From NCBI GenBank assembly GCA_047495785.1, contig JBLDXI010000043.1, positions 310,001 through 374,000 of the forward strand: a stretch of DNA of 64,000 nt. The letters run 5' to 3'. Numbering within the stretch: position 1 is the first letter of the stretch; each line of letters begins with the position of its first letter. This DNA is from Lepidodermella squamata (taxonomy: Eukaryota > Animalia > Gastrotricha). This document shows positions 11,171 to 21,500 of this stretch, one piece after another. Below the pieces are notes generated by a model that saw only the letters and a program-made list of their open reading frames with translations, made no database searches and was not told where the DNA came from. Position numbers and translations under genes: made by a program.

Positions 11171-14100
11171 ATGTTCCAGAGGTTTCAATCATTCTCCGAG
11201 TTCAACAAAATAAAAAAATTAGGTAACGGCGCCTTCGGATCGGTTTGGCACTGCATAACGGACAAAGATGTTGCTGCCGACTATGCTGTAAAAGTCGTAA
11301 ATTTGAGCGCGATTCAACGGAACTATGAAAAAGATCCAGCAATGGCTAGGAAACTAGTCGGTTTGGCCTGCAGTGAGGTTTTTTGTTCATAAATTTGTAA
11401 CAAGACGTTGCGATTATTGATTCTTTATCACAGCATGCCAAACTCCACAATGTAAGACACGTAAACATAGTCGCGGTTTACGGCGCGTTTGAAGGTTAGA
11501 CGCAGACTCGGAGCACTGTTAAAATACACAAGTTGTTCTTAAAAACTCCCAGAAAATTTGCTTGAAATTGACGATACGAACCAGGGTAAGAACAAATGGC
11601 AACAGGATGATAGAATGTACTACCTCGTCATGGAGTTTTGTCCTGGCGGAGATTTGGAAGACTACATTAAACAAACCAAACAAATCAATGGAACCATTGG
11701 AGAACAACTGCTAAGGCATTGGGCTCGCCAATTGGTATCGGCCATACGCTGTCTGCATGAATGTGGAGCGCTTCATCGGGATATCAAACCGAAAAACATC
11801 TTCCTATGTGACGATGGGAAAACTGTCAAGTTGGGTGATTTCGGATTCACGAAAATCTATGATGGGTGATTCTTGCGCAACTTTTGCATCGCGCCCACTC
11901 AACCTATTACTTTTCAGGTCGTCAAGCAGTACTACCTTTGGACTCGGAACGCCGCTTTACGCTGCGCCCGAAGTATTTAAGGAGCAGAACTCACCTGCCA
12001 GTGATTGGTGGTCTCTTGGGGTCACGTTGTTCGAATTAGCTCAACTTCGTCTACCTGTAAATCGTAATTATGCGTATCATGGCTCTTAATTTTCATAATT
12101 TTTACAGTTCGAAACTACTTATGATATTATTAGGTAAGTTAAAAGACCTGCAATGCTTCTAAAATATTATACAATATCTGGGAGCTTTGTAGCGGATAGC
12201 GGAAAATATTCGCCTGAAGGCCAGCTATGGAGACCTGAGGCGCAGCCGGAAGTCGGAATAGCGGCCTGAAGGCGAATATTTGACCTATCCGCGTAAAAGC
12301 TTCCAGATGATATAGTTGCTATCCGGATCACATTCCCCGACTATCCTCCCGAAACACCCAATTTTCGTTACAATAGAGGTAACCATCTCAGCCGAAATTA
12401 TCGAAAATAGCGAAAATGAAAAATCCAACTTAAAATTGTGCATCAAAGTTGCAAAAGCGAATGATTTTCAAACGCTAATCATTTTTCACTTTTTCGCTGC
12501 GATTTGAAAATGCTTTTTCACGCCCGTCCGCATCAGCATGGATCGCATCAATTTCGGGCAAAACGTAAAGCCTATCTCTCGAATCTTTCAGCCGTTCAAT
12601 CTTAGAAGCCAGGCTGCTAATACGCAAGAAGAATTCCCTGTCAACAAGCCAGTCACCCAGCGATGATGGTAGCGAAACGGTGTCGGCTGGCGACTTGTTT
12701 GCTGTAACATCCTCTCTTGGCGCCACTCCGTTTCTCGATTTGATCTGAGCCCGCCCCAGAGCAAGATCGAGCGCAAGTTGCGGCTGGCTCAAGTCTCTAA
12801 GCAATCGGCGATGATTCTCGGCTACGGTGGATTTTCTGCTTAATCGAACGTAATCCAACTGCCAAAACGTCTCGGCCCGCTTGTTCTCGTGCCTTTGCTG
12901 CATTCCCTTAATTTTGTTAATTTTCTCGCAATTACCGAATAATAAAATGTAGGGGGTCGCGGGGGTTTCGGCGAATCCGTATTTCGTGACTTTCGTTTCC
13001 GTGCTCAAATAAATCGAAAATTGGGGTGAATTCTGCCAAAATTTCGAGCCACGACCTGAGTTTAAATCAGCCCGGATAGCGTGATATCCTGGCTCAAACA
13101 GCCCGGGATAGCAGAAAGTATTCCGGCCTGTTTTGCGGCGTATTTTCCACTATGATCCGGATAACCTGAATTATCTATGTAAGCACGACAAATAATTTTG
13201 ATGTATCTCTTTTATTCAGGGAATCAGCACAGCCAAAATTTGATCTCAGATTATCTCAAGAGTTCCGTAACTTCGTACTATCTATGCTACGAAAAGATAA
13301 ATCAAGACGAGCTGGCGTGGATGACTTGCTAGCAAGCTCTTTTTTGACGCTGAACCAACATACCGAAAGAGGAAATACATCCACTCCAACGAACGATAGC
13401 AGCACTGTCATAGATCCTGAAGCGGCGTTGAAGGTGAGCGTAAATGATTTGTTTCGGTATCAATTCTTAAATTCTAACTGTTATCACTGACAGCTCCTTT
13501 TTAAATACTCGAGGCAACGAACAATGTTGCCAGAAATTGAAAGCCTGCTGGAGGATAGGCGACTGAATTTGGACGTGAACAGTCGGAACGACGACGGCTT
13601 CACGCCACTGATGATTGCAGCTCAGGAAGGATTTGATGAATTTATGAAGCCATTAGCAGAAACGCATGGAGCCAACGTTGACTTGGTGGACGATCAAGGC
13701 AGAAGTGCAGTTTACTTGGCTGCTAAAAATGGACATTACAAAGTTGTTCAAGTTCTTTCCAAAGGTTTGAGGGCGAATGTCGAAGTAGCAGAGAATAACG
13801 GTGTTACGCCGGTTTACATTGCTGCTCAGAATGGTCACCTGGAAATCGTGAAGCTTCTCGCTGGAGAATTCAAAGCCGATGTGAATGCAGCTAGGAATAT
13901 GGGTGCTACGCCGTTATGGATCGCTGCTCAGAATGGTCATTCGGAAATCGTGAAGCTTCTCGCTGGATACTTCAAGGCCGATGTAAACGCAGCGACAAAT
14001 GAGGGTGTTACGCCGTTATACATTGCTGCCCAGCATGGTCACTTAGAAGTCATGAAGCTTCTCGCTGGAGACTTCAAAGCCGATGTCAATGCAGCGAAAA

Positions 14101-14423
14101 ATACCGGTGCTACGCCGATTTTCATTGCTGCTCAGAATGGTCACTTGGAAATTGTGGAATTTCTCGTTGGAGATTACCAAGCCGATGTGAATGCCGCCGA
14201 CGAAGCTGGTGTTACGCCGTTGATGATCGCTGCGTATAACGGTCAGCCCCGTGTTTTAGATTTCTTATTGAAGTCACGTGACATAAACGTAAACGCCCGA
14301 ATGCTGTCATACGGATGGACGGCTTTATCCGCAGCAACGAACTGCAAGACTGATGTGGCGCCTGATGATAAGCAGAGATGCATCGAGCTATTGCTGATGG
14401 CTGGAGCCAGTGGTCCGACTTGA
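11171..14423 (+). CDS. NEK-like Ser/Thr kinase fused to 8 ankyrin repeats; exons 11171-11377, 11434-11494, 11553-11865, 11918-12056, 12108-12133, 13220-13433, 13494-14423
   Basis: Kinase motifs GNGAFG, AVK, VMEFCPGGDL, HRDIKPKNIFL, VKLGDFG, GTPLYAAPE, DWWSLG and subdomain XI (FRNFVLSMLRKDKSRR). All splice sites are GT-AG and in phase, leading into TPLxIAAQNGHLEIVKLL repeats. Confidence 0.88.
12168..13165. mobile_element. ~1-kb non-autonomous repeat inserted in kinase intron 5, with a terminal ~150-bp imperfect hairpin
   Basis: Second copy at 6509-7111. 12168-12225 is an imperfect inverted repeat of ~12263-12315. TATCCGGATCA (~12319) is the inverse of TGATCCGGATA at the other end. Confidence 0.8.
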
Positions 14424-14851
14424 ACTGAGCGGGAGGGGGGTGTGAAAACATCTGATTAAAAAATTGCGCTCGCATCCATTACACGTTTCAATTGCCTTTA
14501 TGAGCTTTTAAGCACGTTTTCAAAATTAAATGTGCATACATTTTCGTGTTTCGCATCGCCATACGAAGACAACATTTTACATTGAAGAGTTTCATAATAT
14601 CCAGCCTGGAGCTATGCCCCTTGAAGATTGACAAACATTTCCTCTGTAACATGTTATAATTACAATTAGCACGTGGCTCAACCCTGCCGCTGTTGGTCCT
14701 AGATATACTAGCACACTCAAGAGCACACTTGCATGTCGCGCTCGGTTTTTGCGGTTGCTTCGCAAATTGTTTTGGAAAAATAAGAATAAATTCAAGTATC
14801 CCCTCCTACCTGGCGTCCTCCCGGTGTAGGACGCCATTCAACGGCAATCAA

Positions 14852-15022
14852 GAGATGGCTACTCGGTGCGAAAGCCTGGGGACCATGGATCGATCAGCAA
14901 TAATCGGCTCATGGCTCATGTATAGATGACTCATAGGCCTCATATATATGATGACATGTGATCCAAGTGCTAAATGTCGAAAGACGAATTGCGCAATAAA
15001 GTATGAGTATTAGTATGAGTAT
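14852..15022 (+). repeat. Short dispersed repeat (other copy at 52213-52351)
   Basis: Shared GAGATGGC.ACTCG.TGCGAAAGCCTGGG..C.ATGGAT..GATCAGCAA.AATCGGCTCATG...AGATGACTC.TAGGCCTCATA. Confidence 0.7.
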
Positions 15023-15321
15023 GCTTCGAAATTTGCTGCGCTTTGTTATGTAATTCTTTAGTTAATTTGATTAGTTATGATTACTTAGCGAACGCAAAAT
15101 TGCGTTTTTTATTAAAACAACGGTGAGCTTGGAACTAATTACATGGGACATGGGATTATAAGACAATGATTTGGACAGTAATTAAGGTCAAAACGCATTT
15201 TATTGTCCATTCAACTGTTTTTTGTCTGAGAAATTATAAAAAAAATTAGTGAGGACGTTGATATGAAAATGGCGAAAGCTTGAAAAAAGAGATTTAGTTA
15301 GGTATGTAATTGCTAATTTAG

Positions 15322-16182
15322 TCAGGTAATTGATGTACCCAGGCGTTTTCCGGTCCCATCAAAATTAGCAGCCTCGTCGTCGGCGAGTTCTGGGTCTTCT
15401 TCTTCCCCCTCATCGATAACAAAAAGGTTCAAACCATTAGAATCGTCAATGCGGATTTTGTGCTGCAACAATATAAATTGGGACGACTCGCGCGTCCAAC
15501 AAGTGGGCACAGTCCAAAATCGGCGAAATCGAGCCTTCAAAAGGCCGAAAGCGTGCTCGACTTTACACCTTGTTTGTGAATGTTTGTAATTATAATTCGC
15601 TTTTTCATCATGATGATCACCGTCGTTGAGTTCAGCCCTGCGAAAAGGAGTCAACAGCCAGTCGTATAACGGGTATGCCCCATCGCCTAGCAAGTGATAT
15701 TGCTGGCCAGGAATGAAAGCTGCTAATCGGTGAGATATTTGTTGAAATAGCGGCGATTTGTTGAAAACAAATCGGTCGTTGTTCCCACCGGCATAACCAC
15801 AAAACACATCGATGAATTTTCCGCGTGAATCTGCCACAGCCTGCAATACTACGCTGAAAAAGCGCTTATAATTTATGTAGGCATTCGGATTTTCGAGTAG
15901 AGCTGATGTCGGGATGTGGCATCCGTCGATACACCCAATTACCCCAACAAAGCCATGGCTAGCCTCGAAAAGAGCTGCGATTTCGTCGCATTGTTCGGCA
16001 TCCGGCCATTTTATGAAATGATGCACATTATCTGCTAATCCACGAGTCACCCAGTCACCCGCCTCACCATGCGCAGTGCAGTTGAGGGAGCCGTAGACAA
16101 CACTGTAACAGATAGACGCAAACGATCTTTCTATAGTGAATTTATTCGAGCTGTTATTGCAAAGAGTGCGGCACGCGACCAC
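15322..16182 (-). mobile_element. PIF/Harbinger-family DDE transposase relic (HARBI1-like, DDE_Tnp_4); homology about 15400-16050
   Basis: GVIGCIDGCHIP, YINYKRFFSVVLQAVADSRGKFIDV, GGNNDRFVF, LLGDGAYPLYDWLLTPF, YNYKHSQTRCKVEHAFGLLKARFR. No ATG start, N-terminus truncated, TIRs not identified. Confidence 0.85.
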
Positions 16183-16526
16183 TTTTTATGCCACCCAACG
16201 CCCTATTCACCCTTTATAATTTAATTAATTTCAAAAATCGACCGACCGAATAGTCCCTTTTCTAATTTTTTAAGTTTCGGTAGATAAATACTAGATTTCA
16301 GGGTCTATCGAATGAGCCCAGGTACATCTTGTAGGCTCGCATGGTTATTTTTCTAGAATTTAGAGAAAACAGCTATTTTTGCTGGTTTTCGGCAAATCTG
16401 CCATTTTTCTGCCACGGTTGGCTCTTCCGGAAAATGTTTGAAAATTGTAGAAAAATTAGTTTAACCATATTGAGAATTTTCTCTATCAAACGATATAGAA
16501 TGTGTGCGGTAATTAATTAATTTTGA

Positions 16527-16661
16527 TTTTCCGATATTTTTTGGCTTGAATAACGATTTTTCGCTGCGAACAACTCTGAAAAAAGCAACGCGGCGAGAGA
16601 ATCCAAAGTCCAAGTTGCATGAAAAGGAAATCGTTATTCAAGCCAAAAAAATATCGGAAAA
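16527..16661. repeat. Short inverted repeat (~35-bp arms) just upstream of the truncated GPCR fragment
   Basis: TTTTCCGATATTTTTTGGCTTGAATAACGATTT versus AAATCGTTATTCAAGCCAAAAAAATATCGGAAAA. Confidence 0.75.
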
Positions 16662-16687
16662 GTAATTAATCAAATTGTCTATGCAGC

Positions 16688-17176
16688 AACTACTACAAAA
16701 TCTTCGCATGTATACGAAATGCTAAGAAACAAATGATCGAAGGTCTGGGGCGACTACAGCCTACAGCCAGTATGACAGCAGTCTCCAGTATCCAGAAAGG
16801 CCTTTCGGTGAAAATGGCAGACTGGCGGACTCGTGAAGTGTTCTTCGCCCAACAATCTCTGGCTGTTTTCTTCATTTACTGCTCATTCCACGTACCTGGT
16901 TTGTTTGCATTCATTTTCGAAATTTTCTACACAGATGCTGGGCCGAAATTTGCTTCAAGCTGGCTTCATAAGCTAGGCATGTACTTTGTCTGTCTTCAAA
17001 TGATCGTCGGAGCTTTTGTTCAGATGGTTAAGCCGGGCTGGACCAAAGATCTGAAGCGTTTATAGGCTCTGTTGAAACGTCAATTCAAGGGAAAATATGT
17101 GAGGCCATCGGCTGTTTATCCCGCCTTCCGCCCCAACAGCGCGTTGGCTGCGAGGATGATTCAAGTGAGACCATGA
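16688..17176 (+). pseudogene. 3' fragment of the orphan 7TM receptor family (TM5 end to C-terminus), 5'-truncated, with a premature TAG at 17063-17065
   Basis: NYYKIFACIRNAKKQM..KMADWRTREVFFAQQSLAVFFIYCSFHVPG..WLHKLGMYFVCLQMIVGAFVQMVKPGW is near-identical to 33523-34863. The stop lies where paralogs have Trp, and a homologous tail (RMIQVRP) continues after it. Confidence 0.85.
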
Positions 17177-17696
17177 CCAAAGATTTATCAATGAATAAAA
17201 GCTATTTTTCCATTTAAAATAAAATCAGCTCAAGAATTGAGAATCAAAGCCTAGGTTGCGTCCAATACAGCTGAAAAACCTGTAGGGATGCCGATCACAT
17301 TGGTAAAGAAACATGCTGAAGCGAAATTTCTCATATCCTTTGGCTCTATCCCGTCATTGAATCCCAGATGCGACTAGAGCAACCGCCTACATACAGCTCT
17401 TAAGCCCAGACCTTCCTGCGAGAAGTGATCATCTGAACATGGCGTAGGGGTCATAATGAACTCAAGTATTAACTTATGATTGAGATTCAGTAACGACGTC
17501 ATGACTGAAGTTTTGAATTATTGCTTCATATTTCAATGTCTAATTTTACAATGCGAACATTTCCAATTCAAAATTCAAAATATCCTGTGCAAATGCGGGC
17601 AATAGTCGAATGTGAGGTGCGATCGGACATCATCAATATCAGTGAAAGGCTCACTCTAAATTCTAAAGGATAAAACTGGTTGTGAAATATGAAACT

Positions 17697-17994
17697 GGTT
17701 ACGACGAGGCCAGGCCTTAATTCATCGGTTGCTACCACGACCTCGACGTGGAGCAACTTTCATAGCCATGTAGCCAAGGTCACCTTCATCTTAATCATTG
17801 CTACGACAATCGCCATTTGCCTGATTTCCTGAAGCTCGTCGCGGTTTACCGGCCTACATCGGTTTTGCTGGCTGGAGACTACATACTACATAGCGGATAC
17901 TCGGGACCTTGGAACTTGGCATTGAGAAACTAGCAATGCTGGGTCCTGTTCATCCTCGAAGCATTCGGAACTTTCATGAACATGATCATCTCTT
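17697..17994 (+). pseudogene. Decayed 5' half of an orphan 7TM receptor
   Basis: Reads GYDEARP*FIGCYHDL, VTFILIIATTIA, DFLKLVA, WVLFILEAFGTFMNMIIS with stops and frameshifts. These match GYDEARPQFIGWYHDL and WVLFILGAFGTFMNMLIS of the array genes. Confidence 0.75.
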
Positions 17995-18313
17995 AGGGTT
18001 AGTATTAGAGCGTGTCCTATAAGTAACGCCAACAAAAGAAATACCGGGAAATGGATGATCGGAAACTCTAGAACGAACTTCAAACCTAAACCTGTCGCTA
18101 TGTAAGTCCTTCAGTCTAGCACTCTCGGAATCTGCAATCTGTTAGCGAGAATTATTGACAACTCTTTTCCTGTTACATATCAGTACAATCAATTTTGAGC
18201 GAAAAGCATGAATCAATAATTGTTCTTGCTGTCTGCCTTTATCATGAAGGAATAAATTTCATCTATTTTTTTATTATTTATTCAAAATTTGCATGAAAAC
18301 GCATACTACCAAG

Positions 18314-20725
18314 TCACACCATTTTGTACCGACTTCGTAGTATCTTAGAAACCTCTGAATTATTCAAGCTCTCAGCTATCATCAGGGCAGTTTCGCCTTT
18401 GTTACTCCTCACATGAATATCAGCGCCTTTAGACAGTAAGTATCTCACAGTTTCAACGCGATTGAACTGGGCAGCGACCATGAGTGCCGTCCATCCGTCT
18501 TTGTTCCTCAAATTCACATCGGCCAAAGGCTGATCTGGCTCGTCAGTCTCGAATTCACAGAGAAGCCTAACGCAGTCGGATTTGTTATTAGTCGCGGCGT
18601 AGTGTAGAGCAGCAAAACTGAACTCATTCTGCAGGTTGACGAATCGTTTCAGCTCGACCATAGCCCTAGCCTTATCCTGGCCGTTTTCAAGCTGCTGGAA
18701 CCTTAATTTCGCTGATAATGCCAGACTAAGAAGAGAGCAATGGCTTTTGAGACTCAGAGGGTGTATACAGGTATCGTTATTCGAAAAAGACCAGCCGTAG
18801 ATTGTCTCGCCGTGTCGCTTTCGGTTAAAAACTGTGTTCAGAAGAGCTAATGGGTCGCAAACCGATCCGGATAAGAATTCAACTACTGCCGTCCTCGTCC
18901 CAGCGCTACAAGCCACGTAAAATCCCTGAAGAAAACGAGGGTTCAATTTTTTCAGGCACCTCTATTCAGCCTTACCTTCTCCTGCCGTACGTCTGGAAGA
19001 GGGAAAACCTGCAAAAATTGCTCGATTTAATTCCTGAGTCAATGCGAAATTCTTACAGCTTTCGGTCGGTGAATACAGGCTCCCGGCCATGTCCAGCTTC
19101 CATTTTTCTGACAGGTGATCTCCGAATTTCCCCATGGCTCGAAATGCGCGTTGCATAGCAATCTCCTCACTGATCCCACTGTCGATGGCCCTGGTGTCAC
19201 AAATCCGTTTTGAATTGAAGGAGCGTCGCCACAATTTGTAACCATAGCAATGATGTTAGATTTGGAAAGGGATTTCAGAGGGATGCAATGGCCTGGTACA
19301 GTCCACTCTCCGTTAGCTTGGCACGTAATTTGGTCCATTCCAGTGACCTCATGGCCCTGATCGCATTCCAAGAGCCATGATGATTCAAATTCCATTGTGT
19401 TGTTTGAGTTTTTGAGTTTCCCTCTGGTTACAACCGGCAACGGTCCGCATTCTGTTATTAGGAATTTAGCTTTAGAATTCCTATTATTAGAGTAAGACTT
19501 ACTTATTGGTTGACACTTGCCGCTAATGGGCGGTAAAAATGGCGGGAAACACAAGACTAGAGTGACCTTAGACGTGTAGGAATAACCTTGATTGCAGTGA
19601 ACCATGATTGCTTGCCCAGTTTCGATAATTCTTCCAACAGATACGATTTCCTCTGTGTCCTGGCCAGTTTGAACTTCAACTTTAGTGAAATAACCATAGC
19701 TAAGACTCGGAACAGCACAAAGTTCTGCTGTGGCAGAAGTTGGTGTTATTTCGTAGGCTGCCGTAGTAGTAGTATGAGGCTGAAGGTCAGTATTATTGAC
19801 GATCCAATCAACAATTGGGCAAATTGTATTAAAGCTTCTGTTAAAGCTGCCGGCAGCTAACCCGAAAAGGTAAGGATGCGCGGAATCGTTGCACATCAGA
19901 GGGCTTCCTTTGTCGCTTTCACACTCGCCAACGCTAGCTACCCATCTTTCACCGGTTGAGATGAGCGAAGAATTGTCGAGGTAAGTTACTCTCAATCCAG
20001 AATTTGAACAGTCTAAATTTTGAAATGTATTAGCTTTTCTCAGCGCGAGAAAAATGATTACTGTTGCTTTCAAAGCCCCAGCTAGCAATTATGCCCTCGC
20101 TGCAAGAGTGAGAGGGTAAACATCCCGTAAAAGGATCGGGCAAAGATATGGCAGCGATTTTCGCCGTAAATTTCTCTATTGGTCTTCTCAGGCGAACAAG
20201 AGCGTAGTCGAAAACGCCTCCCTCGTCGAAATCAGGGTGTATTACAGGCGGTAAAGTTGCGAAAACCTCCTCAGCGCCGGGCTCGAATCTCAGAGCTGTG
20301 TTGGAACGACCGAGGAAAGCTCTGAGCCTAAAGAGAGTAATAATTAAAATCCGTTTTCCAAATCATCCAGCTTACAAAGTAGGTGTTGTCCCATTTTTCG
20401 ATAGACAGCTAGCTGCTGTGATTAGCCAGTAACGAGATAGTAAAGATGCTCCGCAAAAGCTGGGCACGTCGTCCTCCGGGAATACAATTTCGAGAAAGCC
20501 CTTGAAAACAATATTGAATTTACAGAAAATTGATTCTGTTTACATTACCAGCCATGGGAATTCATTTCGCAGCGCTGCTTCTGCAACGACATGGAAATGT
20601 GTATTGAAGGCCAGCAGCGAAATCCAAACAATAAAGAACTTTCTGCAGAAGCATCTGTGTTTGCCAGAACTTAATGTAAGACTAGAAAAAGAGCTAGAAA
20701 GTATTGCACAAGGACGCGTGAGCAT
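18314..20725 (-). CDS. Fusion gene A: inactive trypsin-like domain - Thr-rich linker - 3x CCP - ankyrin repeats
   Basis: NEFPWL|GFLEIVFPEDDVPSFCGASLLSRYWLITAASC, FDYALVRL, CESDKGSPLMC, then CCP modules. The donor after HRPKA (intron 19056-19009) leads to a 33-nt exon VFPLPDVRQEK (19008-18976), intron 18975-18926, then the ankyrin exon (AALHYAA, GWTALMVAA, GETALMIA) to the stop at 18314. The exact start codon is uncertain. Confidence 0.82.
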
Positions 20726-21500
20726 CTTTTGCCAAATTACGCGCAGAGATGAGCCTCATGTTGTCGCGAATAATGAAGTTCTGTTTTCTTGAAAAATGCT
20801 TCCCTGATGATACAAAACAAAAGAAATTAAAAAAAAGAAAGACAAAGTGGATGAACTTTTAACAATAAGTTTTTTCTCAGGTTTTCATTGTCTCGAGTCT
20901 GAAGGATTTTGCTCGCGGAATGAGATTTAGACTCTTCCAATTGTTATGAAGAATGACTCAGCATACATAAGTATATCAAAACTACGACAAAAAAACGAGC
21001 TAAACGATCACTTAAGGATCCACAAGATCAATCTCTTCGCATAAAGGAAATTTGATTCGACTGAATGGAGTCTCTTGTTTATGAGGGTTATCAACCATTT
21101 TGCAAAATTTCTTCTTACTTTCCCAATTAAAAGCAATGATGCATCATTCCGTTCATAAAATGCCCGTCCCGTGGAAGACGGACAAGTAGTTCAAATCTTT
21201 GCCCTCAAGACAGCTGTGCCGAAAATATCCGAGTCTCTGAAATCGAGGCCGCCACGCGAAATTCTTTCACAAACACATGCCTTTTAGCTGATTGAAACAT
21301 AGTACGTTGTCTGAAGAGCCACAATATCGAATTTCACCTCGAAATCTCATGGGAAAAGACAAGTCACCAAACAACTCTTCAAGGACACTTTGGACTAAAT
21401 ACTAAATTCGGAAATTCCTAGAAAAAATGTCAGAAAATAAGGCAAAAGGTGTTGATTTCGCTCTTTATTATAATAAAACAGGGTTATATAAGGCGGCTTA

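Noticed and set aside
12475-13008. 177-aa ORF inside the dispersed repeat
   Set aside because: TTG start, no recognisable domain, and the frame is broken in the second copy.
13524-14423. Ankyrin ORFs as endosymbiont (Wolbachia-like) or contaminant genes
   Set aside because: They are joined to upstream exons through canonical spliceosomal introns.
17886-18083. Signal-peptide-like 65-aa ORF on the minus strand
   Set aside because: It is the antisense of a decayed GPCR pseudogene.
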